Source: Felis catus | Taxonomy: Eukaryota | Length of the DNA stretch: 64,000 bases | Assembly: GCF_018350175.1 (NCBI RefSeq) | Contig: NC_058368.1 | Location: forward strand, 19,718,001 to 19,782,000 | Direction of reading: 5' to 3' | Shown here: positions 46,865-58,320 of the stretch, in pieces | How the letters are laid out: every line of letters starts with the position of its first letter | How positions within the stretch are numbered: the stretch's first letter is position 1 | The notes under the pieces: model-generated | What the model saw: only the letters and a program-made list of their open reading frames with translations | The model's database searches: none | Told to the model about the DNA's origin: nothing | Made by a program: the position numbers and the translations under genes

Positions 46865-47921
46865 CTGTGAAAAGGAAAAGAAAACATCTGATGAATTAAA
46901 AATTCAATTGTGCTAAGGATAAACAGTCCCCATCGAATGCAAGCGAACGTTTTGACAAGCAACTAGGAGCTATGCTAACGTGCTTTCTAAATCTATTAAG
47001 TAGTATTTTGCCAGGAAAATGTTTCACGTAAACTTTAAAACCGTGGCTGTGGGGAATTTCAATCCAGCCAGTGGAGAATAAGGCAGATCAGATTCACTTA
47101 AGGGGCAAGGCAACAGACGTGTGTTAGGCACCCAATGGGCGCCAGGGATGTGCTGTGTCCTTCCTGTATCTTCCCTCATTCAGTCTTCTCAAGGTCCTCT
47201 GAGATGTCTCATTTTCAAAAATGAAGGAACCAAGGCTCCCAGACTTGACTTCTAACTTGCTCCAAGTCACAGAGGCCTAGTGGCTTTGAAGGGGGTTATT
47301 GTAGCCACTGCATCCTGTGGCCGCCTCCAAGAAGGGCCCAGAGTGGGCCGGTGTGCCAGGCGACCCTGTGCCTGTTTGTCAGGGGTGGCGCAGCTGTGGC
47401 CCCTCCTGTCCTGGGCCTCTGCTGTAGTACCAAATCCATGCGGTCCAGCACAGTCCTCAGAGAGGCCCTGGAGGAATGCTTCTGGATTAATTGATCTCAC
47501 GGGGGAAAGAGCTCATTTATTTCTTGTTGGCTTACCTGAGTCCTTCCTTTCCTTCAATGCTCGGCTCAAACCCCACCACCTTCCTGAAGCCATCTCCAGC
47601 AGCCCCATCCCCCTCCACTGAATTCTTCAGGTAATTCTTGCCTGTTATCACTCTTTTGGCTGCTGAACACATGACCTATGAGTAACCGTCAAAAAGACAG
47701 AGTACGTCCCCAGTAGACTACCCGCTGCCTGCAGCCAAGAGCCACGTCCGATTTTGGTGTGTGAAGTCCGTGTCCTGGCGTGGGGCCTGGCACATAATGG
47801 GTTCTCAAAAACACTCACCACTGAGAGTAACCTTGTGAGCAGACCTCACACAGTCTTGGGGCTCCGGTATATTTACATAGGGCCAAAGATGGAAAGCTTC
47901 TAAAATGAGATGGCATCCTAC

Positions 47922-48030
47922 CTTAATAACCTTGTCAGTTCCAGAAGTCAGTAACCATCCTCTGGTTGCATCGAAATGCACATGCACAATGTTATGTTTA
48001 CTGTCATGGAAGGTAGCCGTGGGTGCACGT
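47922..48030 (-). CDS. WDFY2: WDFY2 coding exon: RAPTATFHDSKHNIVHVHFDATRGWLLTSGTDKVIK
   Basis: ttctag| ... |gtagg. 109 bp, phase matches its neighbours. Last WD40 repeat. Confidence 0.96.
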
Positions 48031-48144
48031 CTAGAAGGAGCAAAGTAAGTTTCCGAGAGTGAAAAGTAGTGACACGTGAATGAAAGAGACCTAAGGTGTC
48101 ATTAAGCTCTAATTTGCAGCCAAATGGCTAAGACTGCTTCACGT

Positions 48145-48490
48145 TATTTATTATTATTTTTTAATGTTTATTTATTTTTGAGAGAGAGAGCCAGATTATA
48201 AGCAGGGGGAGGGGCAGAGAGAGAGGGAGACACAGAATCCAAAGCAGGCTCTAGGCTCTGAGCTGAGCTGTCAGCACAGAGCCCAATGCAGTGCTCGAAC
48301 TCATGGACCATGAGATCATGACCTAGCTGAAGTTGGACGCTCAACCAAATAAGCCACACAGGTGCCCCTATTTTTTAATTTTTTTTTTTAATTTTATTTT
48401 TAAGTAAAGTCTGTACCCAACATGTGGCCCCAACTCACAACCCCTAGGTCAAGAGTTGCATGCTCTACCGACTGAGCCAGCCAGGCGCCC
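48145..48490 (-). mobile_element. Two tandem Can-SINEs (Fc-type plus a short older type)
   Basis: Heads end at ~48369 and ~48490. Confidence 0.85.
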
Positions 48491-50047
48491 CAAGACTTAT
48501 TCACTTTAAAATTACTCTTTATATCTACTGTTAGTCCCTGGGAACCTGTTAATGATTTTTTTTCTTAAGGTGCAACGATTCTTGTCTTCTCCAGAATGGG
48601 AAAGAGATGATGACATTTCCCAAAGTCTTACGGGTTACTTGTTGCTCTGATAGAGCCTATGAAAATCTCTATTGATGCTTTTGACAAATCTTAAAACAAA
48701 CGCCTCAATGCTTTTGCTAAGTCTCAGAAGAACTTGCTGGTACCTGTGCCTATTAAAAACAAAAAGCACACCTGTTACAAAGCCTAAGATACTATTACCA
48801 TTCTAACTGAAGGGCTGCCTAATCTATTTCCTTGTGTTCCTGGTGTTAACTCGCAGGCTTCTTAGTTTTTCTATGGTGTTCTAACTCTTTAACCGGTAAA
48901 ACAACCTATCAACAAACATCATTATTTGTTTTGTATTTTTTCATCTGTGTTTTTTTTTTTTTTTTTTTGGTAAGAAGTCTTGTCAACTGCCTAGGTTGTC
49001 TAGAGGCAAAGCAGAAGAGGCAGGACAAACGGTGACATGGGGAGGAGGGGGAAGGAGAGACATAGGGAAGGAGACGGCTGTCCTCTCCTCGTGTTTCAAG
49101 GGGGCCCACTCTGCAGTGGGCTCTCTGAAGACGGCTGTTACCTGTAGCTAAGTCTGCAGCACAGATCTTGAGTATTCTAAAACGGTCACTTTCAAATATT
49201 TAGAATTCAAGATTTAGGTTCAATGTGCTGTTGCCTAGGCTATCTGGGTCTGTGTCTTTATCTATTAAATGAAGAATTAATTTAGAATATCTCTAAAGTT
49301 TCTTGCAGCTCTCTAATGAAAAGAACTCTCTTATGAATTCCATCACATATGATGAGTGGAAAATAATCAATGAATATAAATGCTTATTGATGCAAGGGCA
49401 TCTTAATTTATATTTGATATGGATAAATAAGAAGGAAAAAACACATAAATTAGGGTTATCTGTAAGAGAATGCTTTGGTTTATCAATTGCCAAGAATTTC
49501 CTTTAAATGCTGACTTCCTCCGGTGCATTTTAAATGTGTTTCTATCTACGTGCCGCTTACAAGACACCTATCTGATACTTAAAACAATTCTACTGTAGAC
49601 AAGGTACGGGAGTAGGTGGGGGAGAATCGGGCAGGTAAGTTCCTCAGGAGAGCGTGCCGTCATCCATTATATAAGGGGACCAACAAGCAAGACTGAGTAG
49701 CCGCACGGCCGGAAGTCCTGGCCTCTTAGGTAAAGTGGCTTAGCGATTCTGGAGAAGACGCCAACTTCTGGAGCCTGTGGGCTGATTCAGCTCCTGTAAA
49801 GATACCAGCTTGGGCTAGAGGGTGAAGCTTGGGTTCCTAGACTCCTGAGCAACCCTTAAGGAAATAAACAGATAGAAGGGTTTGCTGGAAGAACATCTGT
49901 TTGCAGTGCACATGTCCTTGGGGGTGGAGAAAAGCACAGAAGACATGAATTCTTCACGTGTACTCCCTTTTCCTGACTCGTAAGAGAACACGTATCTCTT
50001 GGAAGGAAGGAGGGCTTTACCCACTTGCCATGGTCTATATTCTATAA

Positions 50048-50209
50048 ATTTTTTTAAGTTTATTTATTTATTTAGAGAGGAGGAGGGGGTAAGCATGAGA
50101 GAAAGGGGAGAAAGAGAATCCCAAGCAGTGAGGCTCAATCCAATGAACCATTAGGTCATGACCTGAGCCAAAACAAGGACACTTAACCACTGAGCCACCC
50201 AGGTGCCCC
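50048..50209 (-). mobile_element. Can-SINE, internally deleted
   Basis: ...ttaaccactgagccacccaggtgcccc; flanking direct repeat gccatggtctatattcta. Confidence 0.85.
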
Positions 50210-50336
50210 GCCATGGTCTATATTCTAAACCAGCAGGAACGAGGACACCGTTGGTCACGGCTGAGGTGCCGAGGGCAGCTTCCCAGATCACGTTCTCTCC
50301 TTCACCCTGACAGCCCTGCGCATTGCTGGAACTCAC

Positions 50337-50467
50337 TCTTCATCGGTGATGGCCTCGTGGCAGCTGTCACAGACCCTCACTTCAAACTCGAAGCCCATCA
50401 GGGGGATGGAGGAGCGCTTGGAGCTGCACTTGCCGCAGACGGCCTTCCCACACTTGCGGCAGTGGTG
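50337..50467 (-). CDS. WDFY2: WDFY2 coding exon (FYVE core): [43 protein letters not shown](E)
   Basis: caccag| ... |gtgagt. 131 bp, with the RxHHCR and RVC PI3P-binding FYVE motifs. Confidence 0.96.
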
Positions 50468-51293
50468 CTGGTGGGAGAGAGAGCGCACGCTTGCTGTGGC
50501 TCCCACGCCTCTGCCTTACCAGGCTCAGGCGTGGTCAACAGCATTCAGGGGAGGATGTTAAACAAGAGCGCCCCAGGAAACTGAAGGAACACACCAGGCG
50601 TGTTCTCTTCGGGGCTCTTTATTCAAAGGAAAGCTGCTGGAAAGATCTGCTCGTGCCACCGCACCCGCCCCTTCCCCCACCCCTACCACAGCCCCCTTTC
50701 GCCCATTCTCGGTCCTTCCCAGCCATCATTAGTATGAACTCCACAGATGATGCTGCTGGATGAAGGAGAACATGAGTGAAGCCCAATTCATGCTCAGGCC
50801 ATGCTCAGGCTGGGTGACTGACACTGATTTCCTTGGGGAGGACCAAATCCAACCTCGAATCAGACTGAAAATGCTCTATTATTATGAGTAGATCTAAATG
50901 ACGAAAACTAAGATGGCAGGAGAGAACGTGAAATTATTAAGAAGAAATAAACACCACTTACATAATTTCATGGTTTGGTACCACTATGAGCTAAGCATGA
51001 CCCCTCTAATTTTAAGATGTGTTTCGGCAGACGCCACTAGAATTCTAAAATCACATCCCTTAACTACTTGGAACAAGGCACTACAGAAACTGAACCCAGA
51101 AGGAATGAGCTGCAGTCGATAAGGGAATAAATTAATGTGCAGTCACAAAGTGGCTGCAGGGTTATAACTGACCCCCCCCCCCGCCCCCCGCGCTGTCCCC
51201 GCCAACTTCTGCCCAGGGTGCTGGTTCTTCTAAGATCACGGGTGAAGTTATTTCCACTCTATTACATTCTGATGAGGGATCTGTATCACCCAC

Positions 51294-51395
51294 CTGTCTT
51301 AGGCCAATTTTCTTACTGTCCCACATTTGCTTGAAGTTCCAGAAGAAAGGCTGGTCACATTTTTGGCAGGAATCACTGTCCAACCATTCAGGGGT
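51294..51395 (-). CDS. WDFY2: WDFY2 coding exon (FYVE N-half): TPEWLDSDSCQKCDQPFFWNFKQMWDSKKIGLRQ
   Basis: cacaag| ... |gtgggt. 102 bp, with WxxD and CxxC FYVE motifs. Visible in ORF 51162..51416. Confidence 0.96.
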
Positions 51396-54300
51396 CTTGT
51401 GAAATAAAGCACGCAACAGGACACAGTGAGGAGCAGTGAGGACAATGAACGATTAACACCGATGAAAGTTACAGAATCAAGATGTGTTTACAAGAAACAG
51501 AGGTATGATTGCTCAGTTAGTCATTGAAAAAATATTCACTGAAGGCCTATTGTGCGTCGAGCCCTGGGAGACGTAGTGGTGAATTAAAAGAATCTCTGTC
51601 ATCATGGAGCTTATAACTTATCAGGGAAGACTACACAAGAAAATATTATGAATGTCAATTACTTAAATAAGTGAAAGTGCTAAGGCCTGAGAAGGCGACG
51701 CAGAGTACCATGAGAGCGGAACAGCACAGGCTGGGGCTCAGGCGCATTCAGGGATGGCTGGGGCCACACCACACAGAGTTCTGAGAGCCATGGTGACTTT
51801 ATCACATATTCTCAGATCGTATATCTGCTCTGGCTGTATATAATTATGTGTAACTGCACATGACAGTGTGGGAAGGATACAATGTGGCCTCAGTGGGTAC
51901 TCAGGGAAGCCGCAGCCGCATGTCCACCTTCCACTCACGGCAGGGCCCAGCAAGGGTGCAGGCTTTGCTCTTTGCCTCATGGACCACATACTATTCCGCC
52001 TCTGTTCGCTATTTCCCAACCCCATCACGAGTACTTGAAACTGTATCAAATGCATTTAAAAGACGTATTAAGCTTAAAGTTATTCCTTAGCAAATCTTTA
52101 CGGATTATGTAAATGGTGACTCTACATCTGTTTCTAGAGTTCCATGTTCAACTCTGTACATTTCATCATTTGGCAGAGAGACTGATCTCTTTCCACCTAT
52201 CACTGAACCCAAGGAACCTGGACAAATATATCCAACTCCAGGCTTTCTCAAAAGTGAATTCCAGGAAACTCCAATGTGACTCGCAGGCCACTTACTATAT
52301 AAAAGAAGCCTGAGATCAAACAAGTTTCAGAAATGTGGCAAACAACAGCCCGCCCCCTCTCTCTACGAGATTCAATGGACAGCAGCATAGCCAAGGCTCG
52401 GAAAGGCTTTTGTCTGTTGATGTAATCCTTTCCCAAAGAAGACCTGTTACGGAACAGATTTGGGGGGTTAGCCTATTCTCCCACCTCCAAGCAGAAATGA
52501 ACCTAAAGCTATACACACTGTCTCAAAAAAGAAAAGTAAAAAGATGACATTTTAGGAGTTCCAATTCTTGGTTTATTTATTTTGGCAAAACCAAAGAGTT
52601 ATTAGGAAGTAAGCCTTGATTTGCTTTGTAATTTGCATGCTCTAATCAGTTTAAGGACAGATTTGACAAAGTAATACAAAGTTTTCAGGCAAAAACATCT
52701 TATCCCTGAAAGACTTATCTATGTTGTGATTTTTCAAAACACTTATGATGCAGGAAAATTCACAAAAGAGTCACATACACACACTACTGCATCTTTTGTA
52801 AGGAAGCATACAGATTTAGGACATGTATCAAATGCGTCACAGTGGGTGTCTATGAGGGGGAAATGGGAATAAGGATCAGGAAAAGGGAACAAAATCAGCA
52901 TGTGTGGTATGATTCCATTTTTTATCCACCCCCCGCCCCCCCCACAATGCTTGTACATGTGTATTTGCAGAGCAAACTATAAGGAAGGACTTTTGCCAAC
53001 ATGTTACGGGTGATATTTCTGGGGTGGGTGATATGTTTTCTATTTGTTAGTGAGCACTCTGATTTTTCTACAAAGAACGTGTATTGTATATACGTCTAAA
53101 AAATGATAACGATTCTTGACAAAACGGGTTTCACGAATAAGAGAAACACAGGTTTAGCCTATGAGATGTCAACTCGATGTGTGCTCAGCCACTCAGTCTC
53201 CCTCTGCTCCCCAACGCCAATCACCTCTGACTGCTTCTACTGCTCACAAGCATAGGGTGGCTTCTCCTGTTCACCTGGTCTTTACTTGTGGTGTTTCCTG
53301 TTCTGGTCGGAGCACATCTGGGCCCCATCAATCTTTCATTTCAGCGCCATGTCCTTGCACAAACTCTGTGCTGAGAAACCCAACAATGGTAACGCCCCTT
53401 CCTAAATACCCGGCACTAATGTTCTATCTTACAGCAACTACGATCGAATCGTTCATACCATTTAATAACAGAAAAGACCCACATGTCTTTTCTTCCAGAA
53501 AGTCAGCCAGCACAGGGACTGCTTCCTTACAAGTCTCCAGCCTCCTGAGTTAAGCACCCTGCATAGCATTTGCCAGGACCCAGAAGCTCCACAGATACAT
53601 CTCAGGTCTTTACATTTCTAAAAGATGACCCTTGCAAAAAATGGCTGGAACTATCACTCAAAGAAGAAGATTCAAAACAGTCAGCAAGTACCAAGTGCCC
53701 CTTTGATATCCGCATGTCAAAGGGTGTAACTTAAGCAAGATGACTCAAAGGACAGCCCATCAACCACCTGGTTTCATCTCTGGAAACCACATCATTATCC
53801 TCTTTGGGGCCTCTGTCCATCAAGGGTGGAGGCTGCATGCACTGAGGGAAAAGAGCCCGGTGGCTCCCCCTCTCCTGGTCTGGTCAGTTAGGCCTGGGAA
53901 GAAGTCAGGACAGACTAGGTGTGACCGTCCCTCGCCCAAAGCAGGCTACAGCACAGAATCCACAGTCACATGGACGGCCTGGCTGGCGTGGTCACCGCAC
54001 ACTGCACCGATTTCCCAGCTGTTACGCTGAAGGGGCCAAGCGGTGCTTTCAAAAGCCATATTCTACAATTCCCCACTCCCAAAGCGTAATGATCATTTTA
54101 ATTAGTTACTAATAGAACTCCCATGGATTTATGGTTTGGGCAAGTCAGGCTTTAATCTTCTTAAGCATTTAATTACTGGCATTTGAAAGGCATTACATTG
54201 TGGATAATAGCAACTACTCTCTTGAAATGAGATTGGGGTGAGGGCGTGGAAAGAAGTTGGGAAATTGCTTTTGTCTTTTTAAAGTGTTGCTTTTCTAAGT

Positions 54301-54881
54301 CTTGCACCCTGCAAAGAAATAAATTAGAAGAATATACACTGTCAGAGGGAAAGTTCACCCCGCATAATTCTAGGGAAATGAGAAAATGGTTAACTTCAAA
54401 GTCCTTGTCAAAGGGGATATTCAGTAAACAGATCAGTTGTTAAGATGCTCAAAGATGAAAAAAGAAAACTCATAAAGAAAGAATCCTATGATAAAACTTA
54501 AATGTATGCTTAAAAATGACAAAGTATATATTTATATCTGGAGAATGGTTAAAAGCACAAAAATAGTTATTTCTGACATTTCTATTAATATCAAACTAAA
54601 AAGACTCTGACTTCATCAAGTACCATTTCTCACACGTTAGCCACCGTTCTCTAACATAAAGCACATGAGTTTTCTATGCTCCTAGGGCACTTTAGGGAGT
54701 AATCGCCTGAAAATAGACGGTTCCCTTTTCCCACCTGAACTTTGGTTATGAATGGAGCAACAGATTCAAAGCCTGAACAGCTTAGCCTCGGTCGAAATTC
54801 TTATGAAATCTCTATTGCATGAATGTTACATGCCAATTTGTGAGGGGTACAAAAAATGGAATTTCCTTTTGTACGGAAAAA

Positions 54882-55094
54882 ATTTCTTTAAGGTTTATTT
54901 GGTTTTGAGAGACAGAGAGAGACAGAACCTGAGTGGGGAAGGGGCAGAGAGAGAGGGAGACACAGAGTCTGAAGCAGGCTCCAGGCTCTGAGCTGTCAGC
55001 ACAGAGCCGGACACGGGGCGTGAACCCATAAACCGTGAGATCACGACCTGAGCCAAAGTCGGACACTCAACCGACTGAGCCACCTAGGTGCCCC
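54882..55094 (-). mobile_element. Can-SINE
   Basis: Typical reverse body and head. Confidence 0.9.
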
Positions 55095-55259
55095 CGAAAA
55101 TTTTTTATTCTCTGACATAACGTCTTATTTCACAGTTTAATCATAAAATAAAGCAGAAATGAGCAGAAGGGGAGGCTGAGGCATTCCTCGGCAGACCCAG
55201 AACCGCACAGTCCAGCCCAGCGGCCATGGAGTGGTCCTGTGACCTGCTGTGACACGTAC

Positions 55260-55365
55260 CTCCTGCCTCTCCACGTCCATGTTCCAGACCACAATCCCAC
55301 CGTCACCACCGCAGGAGATGAGCTGCCGTGTGTGCTGCGCATAGGAAAGGGCCTGGACTTTGTCA
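55260..55365 (-). CDS. WDFY2: WDFY2 coding exon (WD40 repeat): (N)DKVQALSYAQHTRQLISCGGDGGIVVWNMDVERQE
   Basis: ttttgcag| ... |gtacgt. 106 bp, matches recalled WDFY2 and joins in frame to the next exon. Confidence 0.95.
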
Positions 55366-55696
55366 CTGCAAAAGAAAGCAAAAGTCAGTGACAGTTCTGG
55401 AGAGCAAATGAAAGCCCTAAAGGCAGGAAGCCCAGCAAAGTCAATCAGTGCGCATGCTCACCCTTGAGCCCCAAGCACAGGTCTTAGAAATCAGATGGAA
55501 TCAAAATGTTTAAGATGCTGAGGCCCAGGAAGAGAGAGTTTTTGTCAGTTACCAACACTTAAGGGAAAAAGCTGATTGTTGAACTCAGTGTAAGATAGTA
55601 GTATCCCTTTCCTTAATTGATTTATTACATATAAAATCTGTGGCACATGTCTGTGCTGTATTTGTTCTAAAGTCATGATTTTACCTTTTAAAAAAA

Positions 55697-55743
55697 ATTT
55701 TACTTTAGAGAGTGCGTGAGGCGGGGAGAAGGACAGAGGGAGA

Positions 55744-55793
<50 letters not shown>

Positions 55794-56154
55794 CAGAGAA
55801 TCTTCAGTAGGCTCCACGCTCAGTGTGGAGCTGGACACAGGGCTCAATCCCACCACCCTGGGATCACAACCTGAGCTGACATCAAGAGTTGGATGTTCAA
55901 CTGACTGAGCTACCCAGGTGCCCCTGATTTTACCTTTTATAAGAAAAGTATCCTTTTTTTAATGTTGATTTTTGAAGGAGAGAGACATAGAGTGCAAGTG
56001 TGGGAGGGGCAGAGAGAGAGGGAGACACAGAATCTGAAGCAGGCCCCAGGCTCCCAGCAGAGAGCCCAGTGTAGGGCTTGAACTCATGAACTGTGAGATC
56101 ATGACCCAAGCCAGAGTTGGATGCATAACCGACTAAGTCACCCAGGCACCCCCC
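55697..56154 (-). mobile_element. Two adjacent Can-SINEs (55697-55924, 55953-56154)
   Basis: Two reverse heads; TSD-like repeats tgattttacctttta and aaaagtatccttt. Confidence 0.88.
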
Positions 56155-56990
56155 CAAAAGTATCCTTTAAGAGTACTGGAGGTCATTCATCGGAATGCCC
56201 ACTGCATTCCTGCCAGATCGAGGTAAACCATGTTGCCTGAGGTGTGAGGCACATCATGGTGGCTTAAGCCAAAGGGTGCCATTTCTTGGCTTCCAGAGTG
56301 AAACCAAAGCAGCAATAGACTTGAGTTTTGCTGATTCTCTATTTTCTCTAGTTTTCATTTCCTCTCTACTCATTTTGTGTTTTATTTTTCTTTCTAGTTC
56401 ATACATGGCTGATGAATTATTCCTTCTTGGGGAAAGCCAAGACCAGTTCCGTGGTCTGACAATTTGAGCATCACTAACAAAAAGTTATATACATTATTCT
56501 CCATTGGGTGAGGGAATAGGAAACTGGCTTCTTGGTTGTTTCTGATTATGTTTCTATGTTGAGCTCAAATCAATTAAGGATTCTGTGCCCACTGGGAAGG
56601 AGAACAACTCCTTGAAATCTGGACTGGGGTTTTTTTTTTGTGTGCTTTCGTGTTTCCTTTTGCCCTGCAGCTGAAGTTGTGGAACAGATGCTGTTAAAGC
56701 CCCGTGTGTCTGCGTCTACACTTCAGTAAGGCCTGTCCCTCTCGTATATGGAGTGCTATTGTATTTCCAGAGGGTGTCAATAACTTAGATTACAGTATTA
56801 TTTCTTTTTTCTTGTTTTAATTTCTTTTTTTTTTTAGATTATAGTACTTCTTAAATTATAAGAACTTGTTCTATTTGGCTTATAAAGAGAAACAAATGTT
56901 TACAGAAATTCATTCTTCCTAAACTTAACAGAAAAAAAGGAAATTGAGCCTCTAAAACTTTAAGTTTACTAGACTTAAAAATTATTTTAC

Positions 56991-57047
56991 TCTCTCTCTG
57001 TCCCAAAAATAAATAAATGCTGGAAAAAGAAAAAAAAAATTAAAAAA
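56991..57047 (+). mobile_element. Extremely 5'-truncated SINEC_Fc (tail only)
   Basis: tctctctctgtcccaaaaataaataaa...A-tail flanked by TSD aaaaattattttac (56977-56990, 57048-57061). Confidence 0.85.
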
Positions 57048-57904
57048 AAAAATTATTTTACACAAAATACTAACTCAATAACATTTTAAGAACCTAAGTT
57101 CAGAGAATTGAGGCTAATTCTTTGGCAAGTGAGATTAGTATGGTTACATTTTAAAACACAACTAGTCTTTTTCTTATTTATCAGTGTTAAATATAACACA
57201 AGTGTACAACTTATTTTAATGGGGTTGATTTCTTATAAGTGTATATAGGATAACTGGTCAAACAAGCGAATATGATGCCTATATAATGCTTAAGACTATT
57301 AAAAATATAAATTCGTGTTGAATGCAACTGAATTAATTGTTTTGATAAAGTTTCTCTATAACTAGCAATTATGTGTTATGGCACATCAACTTACAGATAA
57401 TCCTTAAGACCTTTAGGTAACTTAAAATGGACTACTATTAGGTTGAACTAATTGATAAATAATCGTTGGATACCCACTTAGATAATTTCCAAGTAAGTCA
57501 GAATACTGAAACTTTGATTACAAAGCATAATATTAAGCTTATATACACTTCCTTTTTATTTTGTACATCCTAGACAGGCTGCAACTTAGGTGAGTCACCA
57601 ATGAACACGTCCATGCGTGCCACCTTAAGGAGACATAAAAGTGGCATATGTTCCAAGAGAAATTTCTGTGGTGTGCGCTCCTGAGCTTTGCTGGTCTGCT
57701 CGGATGCTTGTATGTGACAGCTTTCAATTATCCACATCCTCCCTCCTCCCAATTTTCTCTAGGAGATATACACTAGTTACTTTGGTTAATTATTATAATT
57801 AAAATGGATGGTTGAGACTATGCCAGGGGCAGTAATGGAAACAAGATATGACGATGTGTGGGCTTTTGTTTTTCAAAGAGAAAACAGAACAGTTTTGTCT
57901 TAAA

Positions 57905-58320
57905 GCAATGGTTCTCGAACTTTTTTGTCTCAGGACCCCTTTGCACTCTTAAAACTTACTGGAGGACACCAAAGAGCTTTGGTTTCAATAAGTGATAACT
58001 ATCAATATTTATTGTATTTGAAGTCAGAATTGAGAATTTAAAAAAATATCGATTCATTTCGAATTAGCAACGAATCCATTCCATCTTAATATAAATAACA
58101 TATATTTGATGAAAATTAACTGTACTTCCCAAAGTGACAAATTTTGATGACAAAAATGGCACTGTTGAACATTTCTGCAACTCTTTCTAAATAGTATGTG
58201 GCTTTACAGGAGCAAGCCAGATAAACATCTCTTTCTGCATTTATTCTGATGCCACTCGTCATGCAGCCTCTGGAAAACTCCATTGTACATTTTTGAGAGA
58301 ATATGGATGAATAAGGCAGT
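57905..58320. mobile_element. Charlie1-like hAT transposon terminal fragment
   Basis: ca.tggttctcgaacttttt.gtctcaggaccccttt.cactcttaaaa..ggac.ccaaagagcttt. Confidence 0.75.
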
